DNA of 64,000 nt, taken from the IMG/VR virus record IMGVR_UViG_3300012936_000008, positions 1-64,000 of that record; one strand, written 5' to 3'. Made by a program: the position numbers and the translations under genes. A model generated the notes under the pieces. It saw only the letters and a list, made by a program, of their open reading frames with translations. It made no database searches and had not been told where the DNA came from. Shown here one piece after another: positions 10,601-20,002 of this stretch. Numbering within the stretch: position 1 is the first letter of the stretch; each line of letters begins with the position of its first letter. Origin of the DNA: a virus.

Positions 10601-13600
10601 TACAGTCTCACCAATAACGAAAGGAGTCTCGTTAGTGTTGCTATCCTCAGAAGAGTTCTTAACGATCTCAATCAGTTTAGGAATGATATAGTTTTGGATG
10701 TTATCGTTATCGAAGAATGCATACATTCTCGTCTTAGGCTTCACACGCTCAACGTCGAAACCAACGTTACGAGAGCGGATCCATGGGATGAATGTACTAT
10801 CGATGACACTATCACCCAAGGAGCGACGGTCAATTCTAGGAACAACTCTGAGTCGAGTACCAGATCTTACCTGACGACGTGTAGTGGTAGTAGACTGAGA
10901 TGCAAGAATACGTCTAGGTACACCACGGGAGAATGAAGTCTCTCTCCAAGTTCTACCGTTAGATCTTCTAGTACCAGTCCAGGTAGTTCTCCATGCTCTC
11001 CACTGAACAGGGGCGAAACCTCTGTTGTTAGTGCCGAGTCTTTCACGAGTTGCACGGAAGTTACCTTCAATAGTAGTAACACGAGCAGGAACACGACGTG
11101 TGTCAGTCCAGTCATCCGATGCAGGCAGAAGGTCGATACGACCAATGAAGGTGAACACGTTGAATGGGTTCACGTTCTCTAATCTAGAAGCATAGGGCTG
11201 CTTGATGATCGGATCCTCTTCATAAGGAAGAGTCAGAACATTACCACCGATCTTACCACCCAGTGCAGGGTTCTCTCTCCACCAGACCAGGTTGCTAGAC
11301 AGAGCAGTGCTGTATTGCAGAGCAACGTTAGTGGTGTAGTGAGAAGGACGGAGGACACCCTCGGTGAAGTCCATCGAACACTTGAAGTCCTGATTATCAA
11401 CATCAGAGGAAGAGTGATCGGTGAAGTCATCTACCAGGAATCCATTCTTCAATCTGTCGAAACCGTCAGCATCAAATGCTTTGAGGTTTCTAGCATCAGA
11501 TTCAAGCAGTGACAGAGAGGTGTAGTATTCCAGAGACTGCAATCTACGGTCCATGTTACCGATGTCTTCCATCGTGTAACGACGCTGCTGGTGCAGTGTA
11601 ATCAGAATGTCATCTTCAACATCATACACATATGGTTCATACTGGATCTTCGCCAGCAACATAGCGTTGTCGATGTTGTCTGCTTCTGGGGGATCCTCAG
11701 CAGGGACACCCTTAGAAAGTTTGAGGTCACCATCATGTGCCATGAACAGTTTGTCCTGTCTAGGCAGATAGTATTCATAGTCAAGACGGATCTGTTCTTC
11801 TACCTTAGGAATGTTGAAGATGGTAGAACCACCTGCACCACCAGCAGAAGTAAAGACTCTTGAATCGAAGTCGAGGGACTTACAGTTAGTGAAGAAGGGT
11901 TGTTCAACAGTACCAGAACCAGATGCAAGTTCACCAACAGCAGGACGGAAGTCCAGAGTGTCGGTCAAGAACTGAGTGTTACGAGGTCCACGATCTCTGG
12001 GAATCTCAGAGAAAGTAATACCAGTGTAAGACTGGTTAGTGAAGTAATCACCAGATGCTTCATGGATGAAGTAGTCAAACACAACTGCCAACTTACGCTT
12101 GGGTTCAGAGGTGCCTGCTTTTCTTACCAGTTTAGATACACTGTAATAGTAAGAGGTAGTGTTCTTATCAAGATAGAAGTCCTGAGTAATGTTCTTAGAA
12201 CCTTTCTCGATTGCATTCTCACCGTCATCTACAACACCGACCAAAGTATTCAGATCGTCATCGAAACCATCGATGGTTTCACCAGTGTTAAAGAACTCGG
12301 TGGATACAGGAACAACGTACAGTCTATTGTTGGCAGCGTTGAAAGATACAACACGCGCTCTGGCATTGGAAGTTCTACCAATGACAACAGAACCAGGATC
12401 AAAGTATACGTTCTCTGTCAGAGTAATGAAGGGGACCTTGGCGTCCAGGTCATCCTCAGACTCATATACAGCGTGTAGACCATACACATCATTCAGAGCG
12501 AATGAGATCTCTTCGTCTTCGATACGAGTACCATACAGGTTACCGTATGCCAGACCATAATTGATAACGTCGTTCTGATTTCTGGTGCGAATGACCTTCA
12601 TGGTCCTCATCTTCGCAGCAGTCTTAATCTTCTTAGATACTGTGTTCACAGACACAGCAGCAGTCAGTGTTACCTGAGAGATGTTGTTGACTGAACCACC
12701 AGAACCGTCATTCAGACCAGTAACCTGCAAGGACTGTCTGTTAGCACCGAAGGATACACCGATAGTCGGGTTCTGCTTTTCAGATTCCTCTTCGATGTCA
12801 AGATTAGTTCCAACTGCCCAACCATATCCTGTATTGTCGTTAGCACCGACAGTAATAGTTAGGTTGTAGTTCTCACCATCAAGGGTAGTGAACTGCTCGT
12901 TCTCAGGCAGCGTGAAGGTCACGTCACCAGATGACAGAGGCTTGTTAGCAAACGTCTTGATAGTAACAAACGATTCGTCAGCAACCGACTTGATAGCACG
13001 CTTCGGCATATCGATAGCGAGTTCGCCATCTCTATTGATCTTCTCAGTGAAGTAAGGACGGAGACGTGTTACCTGAGTAGCAGGATATTCAGCGTCAGTA
13101 ATACTACCCTTAGTCAGAGAGGTATCAAGTTTTGCTTCTTGTGATCCGAAGTCAAATACAGGGGTCAGACCACTGTTCTTTCTATTGTTAGTAGTGAATG
13201 CAACGTTAGAAGGATCAATACGCTTGATACGCAGTGAAGTGCTACCTTTCTTGTCAGTATTAGTAGGAGAAATAACATCACCAGGTCTGAGATCAGCAGA
13301 GAACTCAGTATCGAAACCAGTAATGTCCTGACCACTTGCCTGATCAACAGTAATAGTCTTACCAATCATGGTAAGTGATTCTGTCAGAGCAAGAGATGCT
13401 GTAAAGATAGGAGTAGCATTGTTGCTAGATTCATAACCAACTAACTGACGAACGTCAGATCTTTCAAATGCATAGAATGCATTCAGTACATCAATAACTC
13501 TTCCGTCACGCTCAATGACTTCACCTTGCTGGAACTGACCAGATACCTGGTGTACCATTGCATAGTCAGCAGCGGCAGAGTGGACATATCCTCTTGCACC

Positions 13601-15067
13601 AGAAGAACGACCCACCAACATTTCACCGTCGATGATGCTCTGAGAAGATGCAAAGTTCAACACAGTGAACATTTGGATGTCAAAGAGGAAGCAATTATAC
13701 TTATTACCATCCTTTTCGAGTTGCAGAACTCTTGCCTTACCAATCAAGTTACCCTTGATGGTGTTAGAAGGACCAGTACCTAACCAGTCATCTCTAAGGT
13801 CAACAGTCTGATAGCACTCAGTTACGTTCTCACCAGAGATACGAGGCCATCCCCAAACGTCATATACCTCTACGGATTGTGACAGGTCAACAGGTACAAT
13901 CTGGTTCTGACGACCAACAAAGGTACGAGGTTTAGGAGTATCAACATAGGTAGGTGCCAGAATCTGTGTTCTGTAACCTTTTACATATGCTTTACCAGGA
14001 CCAATTTCCAGGGCAGCATACATCTCACTAGCAACTTGTCCATCAGGAGAAGTTTGACCAGGAGTATATACACCATTGTTGAAGTTATCGTTCAGGTGCT
14101 CTCTGGCACGTACGTCGAACGTATCGACAACATAGTCACCATGCGTTTCATACGTTCTACGAGCAATCGACTTTTCGATCTCGTTATATTCCGTACGGTC
14201 AACAAAGTTCTCAACCGACGAGTTCCTGATGCGAAGCAGTTCGATGAAGTTTTTGTCGGTCTCATCGTTGATTGGCTTTTTAACAAGTTGAGTCTTGATT
14301 CTGAATCTGTGAGCACCAGGTGCAGAGTAGTTGGACGCACCAATGGCATTGTCTGTAAGTGACGGGTCATCCTCTGGTGTAATAATAGATTCGCTAACTT
14401 CAAATCCGACTCGGTAGGATGGGTTGTTTGTGTACTGGTCAAGGATGATGTATTCAGAAGGAATATCAACGAAGTGTCCACGGATAAAGTAAACACCTTC
14501 ACTGATGTATGCAGTAGAACCGACTTGTGCGGCGTCCACTGGAAGCATCTGAGCAAACGGAGAACCAGTCTCAATCAGGGTGTTACCGAACGTAATCTCT
14601 TGTTCAGCAACCAACTGTTCGTTGTTTTGGAATCTCTTAGTGGTTGTATCAGAAGTAGTATCCCCAGATTCTACATACTTGATATAGAAAGTGATGTAAC
14701 CACGATCACTTTGAGTAGCAGGAATGGTATAAAGAACCTTTGCCTTAATACCTGTGGTCAGACCTTCAATGATCTTACCTTCAAGTTGAGTCCTATATGT
14801 TTCAACGTCTACACCCAGGAATGCCTGCTGGATTAAAATACAGTCAACGTTCAGGTCATAACCCACCTGTCCAGGGATAACCATCGCACCCTCTTTGAAG
14901 AGGTGCTGTCCCATTGCTTCGATCTGATTCTGCAAGATCGATTGCATCGTCGTAAGTTCCCTTGCTTGGATTGGGAATCCAGGTCGGAAGAGAACTCTGT
15001 AAAAGTTTTTATCCTTATCGAAATCGTCGAAGTAAGGAGAAATGTTTAGGTTTGTATTCTGGGGCAT
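7631..15067 (-). CDS. vrlC: VrlC-like / DUF4815 large virion structural protein (2478 aa)
   Basis: N-terminus MPQNTNLNISPYFDDFDKDKNFYRVLFRPGFPIQARELTTMQSILQNQIE; DUF4815-type motifs RYTMEDIG..RL..LEYYTSLSLLE, RLKNGFLVDDF, WDPLAQSF, LFKSQNASTWTADQYEDLKF. Confidence 0.85.
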   Translation of the reverse strand: MPQNTNLNISPYFDDFDKDKNFYRVLFRPGFPIQARELTTMQSILQNQIEAMGQHLFKEGAMVIPGQVGYDLNVDCILIQQAFLGVDVETYRTQLEGKIIEGLTTGIKAKVLYTIPATQSDRGYITFYIKYVESGDTTSDTTTKRFQNNEQLVAEQEITFGNTLIETGSPFAQMLPVDAAQVGSTAYISEGVYFIRGHFVDIPSEYIILDQYTNNPSYRVGFEVSESIITPEDDPSLTDNAIGASNYSAPGAHRFRIKTQLVKKPINDETDKNFIELLRIRNSSVENFVDRTEYNEIEKSIARRTYETHGDYVVDTFDVRAREHLNDNFNNGVYTPGQTSPDGQVASEMYAALEIGPGKAYVKGYRTQILAPTYVDTPKPRTFVGRQNQIVPVDLSQSVEVYDVWGWPRISGENVTECYQTVDLRDDWLGTGPSNTIKGNLIGKARVLQLEKDGNKYNCFLFDIQMFTVLNFASSQSIIDGEMLVGRSSGARGYVHSAAADYAMVHQVSGQFQQGEVIERDGRVIDVLNAFYAFERSDVRQLVGYESSNNATPIFTASLALTESLTMIGKTITVDQASGQDITGFDTEFSADLRPGDVISPTNTDKKGSTSLRIKRIDPSNVAFTTNNRKNSGLTPVFDFGSQEAKLDTSLTKGSITDAEYPATQVTRLRPYFTEKINRDGELAIDMPKRAIKSVADESFVTIKTFANKPLSSGDVTFTLPENEQFTTLDGENYNLTITVGANDNTGYGWAVGTNLDIEEESEKQNPTIGVSFGANRQSLQVTGLNDGSGGSVNNISQVTLTAAVSVNTVSKKIKTAAKMRTMKVIRTRNQNDVINYGLAYGNLYGTRIEDEEISFALNDVYGLHAVYESEDDLDAKVPFITLTENVYFDPGSVVIGRTSNARARVVSFNAANNRLYVVPVSTEFFNTGETIDGFDDDLNTLVGVVDDGENAIEKGSKNITQDFYLDKNTTSYYYSVSKLVRKAGTSEPKRKLAVVFDYFIHEASGDYFTNQSYTGITFSEIPRDRGPRNTQFLTDTLDFRPAVGELASGSGTVEQPFFTNCKSLDFDSRVFTSAGGAGGSTIFNIPKVEEQIRLDYEYYLPRQDKLFMAHDGDLKLSKGVPAEDPPEADNIDNAMLLAKIQYEPYVYDVEDDILITLHQQRRYTMEDIGNMDRRLQSLEYYTSLSLLESDARNLKAFDADGFDRLKNGFLVDDFTDHSSSDVDNQDFKCSMDFTEGVLRPSHYTTNVALQYSTALSSNLVWWRENPALGGKIGGNVLTLPYEEDPIIKQPYASRLENVNPFNVFTFIGRIDLLPASDDWTDTRRVPARVTTIEGNFRATRERLGTNNRGFAPVQWRAWRTTWTGTRRSNGRTWRETSFSRGVPRRILASQSTTTTRRQVRSGTRLRVVPRIDRRSLGDSVIDSTFIPWIRSRNVGFDVERVKPKTRMYAFFDNDNIQNYIIPKLIEIVKNSSEDSNTNETPFVIGETVYGVQSGCRFRVAAPNDGLTTNPYSATNDLLPDSYASQTGVLNIDTQVLSATVNPNFYGNFAVGEVLIGATSGARAVAKDRRLVSDLVGIIKGAFFIPNPANNSNPRWATGSRVFRLSSSEQDSRLPGAVDSAAEAEYTARGTLNTLQENILAVRNARVVRDTVTQRRTVRSVRTNTRQVGWWDPLAQSFLLEEQGGTFVTGVDIYFGTKDTKIPISMQIRPMENGYPTKDILPFSDVTLRPTEVEVSDNASIATRFNFPAPVYIPESEEHCFVLFSDSNEYKVWISRMGDIDITGTRTISEQPYAGVLFKSQNASTWTADQYEDLKFNLYRAVFNKSVIGNATFVNAELGSGNDGISSLTVNPVLTIEPKQTLTLPTGNSYNFTIGARIIQSPSNAEATIEEFDSASNPQTLTVKGIVGTFEQGFLDGNGNPFQALKSSQSLATFTLSATPSNGTPAAGDTFVGATSGATGTITSYDPALGTYGTIVANYVDKAFDGSTEQLNIAGGSIQVSGYSAVAYSGDSYTAYPAITPSTRTVDKKVVMIHPNHGMHNRSNNVKITGVISEMPPTTSTQTLSSTATQIGVSNAGSFHKIVNGRPISTTNPGYVRITSDVFAMPAPVGALPGTDGGTEAWTDISDFVPNEIIAYSDISDDGQTITVAPSGRGVGGTAALEWTTGSKVECYNLDGIPLTEINKVHSGIQDPTLDSYALVTQSVANVGIRTGGYKVQATKNIPFELITPTIQIMQFKETGVVPTLNTTSGTSIGSGSTITDQASFVNNGAYDDVQINEENYYDNPRIICSQLNEDNKLEGSKSLTMKINLNTDVDNLSPVIDLDRVSVITTSNRINNWSGGPQVLGLQSEINPQGDVSTLPYGDQNDAVYLTRVARLANVSRSIRVMISMQRYGDSNIDIYYRTQRPGSEKQMNDIGFVKIPVPDIGSTNVGEEEWEDFEYVVEGEEFQAFQIKIVMKSKNQAKVPLIKDMRAIAFAS

Positions 15068-15071
15068 CTCG

Positions 15072-16607
15072 TTAGAACTCGATTACGATTTTGATATCTT
15101 CAATTTGGTCACCAGCACGAGAAATCGCGCCTCTATTATCTATATAGATGATCTCGCCAGAGTTCGGTTCGATCTCTGACTTAGCATAACCATTGGTGAA
15201 CGACATACCAAGATCGTACTCAGTGTTGTTAATAACACGAGTAGAAATACCCGACACAACAGGGAAGTTGATGTCTGGGTCTGCCGATGTACCTGAGGTA
15301 GAACCTGTGACTGGGTTACCACCTTCAAACTCTGTGAGGTTACCAGTAATCTCAGGGAACACACCATCGATTCTGTTCTGATAGTATTTCAGAACTTTGG
15401 TTACGTTATTCCAAGAGATAACTCGACCACGAGCAGTTACCTGCTGTCCACCCACCGTTCTTGACTGAGTAATGATCTCGTCAGTCTGGAACTGTCCAGT
15501 AAAGGTAGGAGAGAAGATAACAGCTTTGGTAGCAGACAGAGTAACAGCAGATGTAAGTTCTGTCGTACCATACTGATTGGGGTTGATAACCAGACCGATA
15601 CGACGATAATCGTTGTCAGTCGGGAAGTCACCTGATCCTTCATCATAGGTGAACTTCGTGTTGATCATCACACGGTAACCGCCCAGTTCCTTGGCGGGGG
15701 ATGATCCATGACCAGTGTCGGGAGGAATGATAACGTCAATGGCAGCACCAGTACCTGTACCAGCACCAATACCGTTGACCTCATCGATAACAACCTTACC
15801 GAAAGTATATCCAGAACCACCAGAGGTCACTGTGGCATTTACAATTTTACCACCGTCAACCACCAGAGAAACACGACCACCAACGCCATCGCCTTTGATG
15901 GGGACGTTCTCATAAGTACCGTTGTTGTAACCAGTACCCGATGCTTGGATAACAACACTGTCAATCTCACCACCAACGGCATCACCTGTCACAGCAACGT
16001 CGCTGAGCACAGGCATGTAATCGTTGGAGAAGAATTTCAGAACCTGTCCAACAGGAATCGTATAGAGATACTTCCAACGGTAACCATCAGCAGTTGTGAT
16101 AATTGAAGTGGAGGTGCCAGTAGGCTCAACAGTAGAAGGTTTACCGTTAGGATCAGAAGGACTTGTCCCGTTATAGATGCACTTGTAGACTTGATACTGC
16201 GAGTTAACAACGTAGAAATCTGCGTCGTATAGTTTCGTAGCACCCGATGATGCCGTCTTTGTGGAAGAGTAATCATGGCGATACATATCATAAACATAAC
16301 CCAAACCACCAGTGGTTTGTTCTGGGGGAGTCCAGTCAATACGTCTGATAACTTGAATCGTGTCGCTAGCAAGCACACGCTTCAAAGAGATCATGTCAGA
16401 AAACGTATCACTAAACTCTTGGAACGAGTCCACAGGAGTTGGAGGAGCATTTTCATTGTCCCATTCTTGGGGACGACCAATAAACACGTACAGTCGATCT
16501 CTCGATGCACCTGCTACGAGGTCAGACTGCGTGGGATCGGCACCCTCTAACGATTTAATAAATCGCTTCGCAGTAAAAATTCTAAATTGATCTGTTAGAA
16601 GTGCCAT
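15072..16607 (-). CDS. gp8: Baseplate wedge subunit gp8
   Basis: Motifs LYVFIGRPQEW, VIRRIDW, FYVVNSQYQVYKCIYN, DGYRWKYLYTI, DYRRIGLVINP, SGEIIYIDNR..ISR..DQIEDIKIVIEF; baseplate context. Confidence 0.92.
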   Translation of the reverse strand: MALLTDQFRIFTAKRFIKSLEGADPTQSDLVAGASRDRLYVFIGRPQEWDNENAPPTPVDSFQEFSDTFSDMISLKRVLASDTIQVIRRIDWTPPEQTTGGLGYVYDMYRHDYSSTKTASSGATKLYDADFYVVNSQYQVYKCIYNGTSPSDPNGKPSTVEPTGTSTSIITTADGYRWKYLYTIPVGQVLKFFSNDYMPVLSDVAVTGDAVGGEIDSVVIQASGTGYNNGTYENVPIKGDGVGGRVSLVVDGGKIVNATVTSGGSGYTFGKVVIDEVNGIGAGTGTGAAIDVIIPPDTGHGSSPAKELGGYRVMINTKFTYDEGSGDFPTDNDYRRIGLVINPNQYGTTELTSAVTLSATKAVIFSPTFTGQFQTDEIITQSRTVGGQQVTARGRVISWNNVTKVLKYYQNRIDGVFPEITGNLTEFEGGNPVTGSTSGTSADPDINFPVVSGISTRVINNTEYDLGMSFTNGYAKSEIEPNSGEIIYIDNRGAISRAGDQIEDIKIVIEF

Positions 16608-16629
16608 CTTTAAGCAGTTACCTTCCTTT

Positions 16630-16636
16630 TATTTAT
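16630..16636 (-). promoter_or_regulatory. Late promoter core ATAAATA
   Basis: (C)ATAAATA in the short intergenic gap upstream of gp8. Confidence 0.7.
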
Positions 16637-16641
16637 GGGGT

Positions 16642-18489
16642 TTACTCAGGTTCAGTTCTGACGAGGTTAGTGAACTCTTGTCTATTGAACGTAGAGGTAG
16701 CACCAGATGTTTGACCAGCCAAGTTATCTGACGTGGTGAACATGTAGGTATTACCATTATTCACGATGTTAGAGAGATATAACAAACGGTATCCAAAGTC
16801 GTCGGCAGTCTGATCAAACGAAACGACCGTTGCTGAAACTCCTGTCGTGCTACCAGTAACAGTTTCGCCAACCTGATATGGAGTGTCATTCCAGGTCTGA
16901 ACTTTTATAGTAGTTGTAGAAGTATGATCAACACCATCACCCAGAGCACCAGCAGTATTAATCGTGGCAGTCAGAGGTACGAGGTTAGAGTCATAAATTT
17001 GATCACCTGTTTGGAACAGCGTGGTGTTCTGTCCACCAACAGTTTCTTCAATACCATACAGTGAGGATGAAATACCACCATCAAGGTTGATCTCGTTCTC
17101 AAAGTCTGTATCAGTATTTACCAGGTCAATGATACCGTCACCAGCACCATCAACTTCATCGTCATCTTCAAATACAAATCCTTCCAAGGTGCTAATAGGA
17201 TCTGTGAATGTAATGATGCTGCCCTCATCATCCTCTAACAAGGTATGTGGACTTACACCAGTTCCTGATGATGCAGCAGAACCTGCAATGAACTGAATCA
17301 CAGCAGTCTTCTCGTTAGATCTACCACCGTCAATGAATGCCAGTTCGTCAACTTGGAACGTCAGGAACAGTTCCTTAGTCTCAGGACGCCAGTCATAAAC
17401 AATAGCAACCTTGTTACTCTTATCTTCTTCTACTCTTCTAACACGGTCAGCAACAGTGAAAGAGTATCCAGAGATGCCAGTATTAGGATCAGTTGCAAGG
17501 TTATCCAGGATCACACGCTGGTCATAACGGAAATTGATACCTCTATCACATCCAGTGAAAGAGATCGGTGTCTTACCTGTATATCTAACAATCTCTCTAC
17601 CAATCTGGAACTTACCAGAACCAGGGAAAGCGTTAGTAGTTTCTACATACAGAGTTGTGTCAGCAGGTTGAGCATCTCTGATCAACGCTGTCATATTAAA
17701 GAACGAAGACACCAGAGAAGTTCTGTTTCTCTGTGTTCTAATCAGGTTGGTATCACGAGTGAAGATAACATTAGGAGGAGATGTATATCCACCACCAGGG
17801 TTCAACAGTGTGATGTTTGAGATACGACCCAAGTTGATCTCTGCCTTTGCCTCGGCACCAGATCCACCACCACCAATAATTTGCAGAATAGGAGGAGTCT
17901 CAAAGAACTCACCCTCTGATGTAACTCTAATGTCTTCAACAACACCGAACTGATTAACTTCGGCAACACCACTAGCGCCACCTCCACCACCACCAGAGAT
18001 AACAATAGTAATATCTTCTGCGGTATAGTTTCTGCCGTTGTTCTCAACAGACAGACCAGTCACACCACCAGTAACAGGAACCAGTTCTGCACCAGATCCA
18101 CCACCACCTCTGAGGTATGCCTCAGCAGTAAAATAACCATCACCAGGTTGATTAACCTGCAAGAAACTTACAGATCCATCAGGATTCAAAAATATATTTG
18201 CATCTGCATCAGTAATACCATCATCATTACTAACAATATCCAGACGAAGAGGATCATAACCCTCACCAGGATCTACCACATCAACAGAAAGAATCTCACC
18301 GTTGTCTGCAATGTTTGCTCTAAGAACGGCGTCTCTGATAGGAGTACCACAGTTGCCAATAGACAACTTCGGTGGATCGTTAGGGTCATACCCACTACCA
18401 CCATTAGTTACGATAACGTCCTTAACTCCGTAAACAGAGTTAAAGACGGGTTCGATAGATGCACCTGATCCTGGGACTGTTCTTGGCAT
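16642..18489 (-). CDS. Baseplate-associated structural protein with 'GSGY..PP' repeats (615 aa)
   Basis: Repeated I.V...G.GY...P...I.GGGG.GA.A.A motifs shared with the gp7-like giant. Confidence 0.85.
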   Translation of the reverse strand: MPRTVPGSGASIEPVFNSVYGVKDVIVTNGGSGYDPNDPPKLSIGNCGTPIRDAVLRANIADNGEILSVDVVDPGEGYDPLRLDIVSNDDGITDADANIFLNPDGSVSFLQVNQPGDGYFTAEAYLRGGGGSGAELVPVTGGVTGLSVENNGRNYTAEDITIVISGGGGGGASGVAEVNQFGVVEDIRVTSEGEFFETPPILQIIGGGGSGAEAKAEINLGRISNITLLNPGGGYTSPPNVIFTRDTNLIRTQRNRTSLVSSFFNMTALIRDAQPADTTLYVETTNAFPGSGKFQIGREIVRYTGKTPISFTGCDRGINFRYDQRVILDNLATDPNTGISGYSFTVADRVRRVEEDKSNKVAIVYDWRPETKELFLTFQVDELAFIDGGRSNEKTAVIQFIAGSAASSGTGVSPHTLLEDDEGSIITFTDPISTLEGFVFEDDDEVDGAGDGIIDLVNTDTDFENEINLDGGISSSLYGIEETVGGQNTTLFQTGDQIYDSNLVPLTATINTAGALGDGVDHTSTTTIKVQTWNDTPYQVGETVTGSTTGVSATVVSFDQTADDFGYRLLYLSNIVNNGNTYMFTTSDNLAGQTSGATSTFNRQEFTNLVRTEPE

Positions 18490-19973
18490 TAGACTACCGT
18501 GATATTACCTTTCATAAGAGAGTGGATATTGCACTGATAAACATAAGTTGTACCAGCAGCAAGATCTTGTGGGACTGTCCAGTATTGGACGCCGTTGATA
18601 GATCCACTAGTTCCACTGATCTGAGAACCACCGTCAGAAACTCTCAGTTCCAAGGGGTGTCCACTGCCAGTGGTGTTATCAAATCTGTATGTAAATCCAC
18701 GATACACATAGATTGTAGGATCCGCCTGATCAGCAATACCAGGACCAGTTACCTGATATGCATTGCTGTTGTTAGCAGAGAATGAATAACTCAAAACAGG
18801 AGATGCTACTGCTTCGTATGCAGATGCTCCGCGAACCAGGGACTGTCCTGCGTTTGCACTGGGTAGTGCGACAGTGTTAGTAATAGTAAGCGTTGACCCA
18901 GATACAGCAGTAGTGATCCCAGTGCCCCCAGCAATCGTGACAGAAGAATCAGAGGCGTTAGCAGTATACGAACCAGTGTCTCCTGCAAGTGCTTGAAGGA
19001 CGTTCTGGACGACGTTGGGTGAGTCATTTGTGATCGTGATTGCGCCTGCATTCAGGTTAGTGCTGATTCCAGAACCACCAGTAAAGGTGATGGAGTCAGT
19101 TACCGTAGTTGCAGTTGTAGTACCGTTATCAGCACCAAGGGTGGTGAATACATTCTGGTTCAGGTCACCCAAGGTGCCTGTCATATCAATAGTAAGAGTA
19201 TCGCCAGAAAGACTAGTAGAGATATTTGTACCACCAACGATATTAAGAGTATCGTTAGGCGCAGATGCAGTGGTTGATCCAGTGTCACCAGTGACACTCT
19301 CAAATAAGTTTTGGGTTGTTCCACCGCTACCACCTGTTCCTTGTTCGTCATTAGCAGGTTCCCATGCACTATTACTATCATTCCATTTCAGAACCTGACC
19401 ATCAGAGGGACCACCGTTAACAGTGGTATCAACGTCAGACAGAACAGTAATACTTTGGTTCTCATCTACCAGAGGAATCCATGCGGCAGAGTGAGCAAAG
19501 TATGCCTTGCCAGTAGCGTGAACGTGAGCAAGCATACCGTGATGGTTAGTCGCATCAGGAAGGTCGCCCAAAGTAGCGTAAGGAGCGTACCATTTGAGGT
19601 ATCCATCGTCACCGTCAATATAAGTGTAAGAAGAACCAGATCCACCTGCCCACAGTTGGATATCACCAGTTCCAGTTTGTTTGATGACAATGTTGTCTGT
19701 GCCATCACAAACAATGTCATTGCCGTTGGTATCCAGGTTACCAGTCAGCAGATTGAAGTCTGCACCACGGAATGCAGGAGTCGGAGAGCTGCTCCATTGC
19801 AGGACTTGACCATCGGTAATCCCTGCACCGACATCGAACAGTACGTCAGTGTTGTTACCCAACTTCTGATACAGTTCCTCAAAGTTGGCATTATATTTAA
19901 TGGCACCATCTCTTAGGGTATCACCAGTACCATCATTTGCCGAAGATCCAATACCAACTAGCTGTTTTGCCAT
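18489..19973 (-). CDS. gp9: gp9/gp10-like baseplate tail-fibre connector with C-terminal cupredoxin-like domain
   Basis: N-terminal MAKQLVGIGSSANDGTGDTLRDGAIKYNANFEELY is the T4 gp9/10 signature; three internal D.G.TTA....D.....GG..I.T repeats; C-terminal HP...YQCNIHSLMKG. Confidence 0.8.
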   Translation of the reverse strand: MAKQLVGIGSSANDGTGDTLRDGAIKYNANFEELYQKLGNNTDVLFDVGAGITDGQVLQWSSSPTPAFRGADFNLLTGNLDTNGNDIVCDGTDNIVIKQTGTGDIQLWAGGSGSSYTYIDGDDGYLKWYAPYATLGDLPDATNHHGMLAHVHATGKAYFAHSAAWIPLVDENQSITVLSDVDTTVNGGPSDGQVLKWNDSNSAWEPANDEQGTGGSGGTTQNLFESVTGDTGSTTASAPNDTLNIVGGTNISTSLSGDTLTIDMTGTLGDLNQNVFTTLGADNGTTTATTVTDSITFTGGSGISTNLNAGAITITNDSPNVVQNVLQALAGDTGSYTANASDSSVTIAGGTGITTAVSGSTLTITNTVALPSANAGQSLVRGASAYEAVASPVLSYSFSANNSNAYQVTGPGIADQADPTIYVYRGFTYRFDNTTGSGHPLELRVSDGGSQISGTSGSINGVQYWTVPQDLAAGTTYVYQCNIHSLMKGNITVV

Positions 19974-19995
19974 GATCGTTCTTTTTTTACAGTTC

Positions 19996-20002
19996 TATTT
20001 AT
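19996..20002 (-). promoter_or_regulatory. Late promoter core ATAAATA
   Basis: Overlaps the stop of 19999..21606, upstream of the gp9-like gene. Confidence 0.7.
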
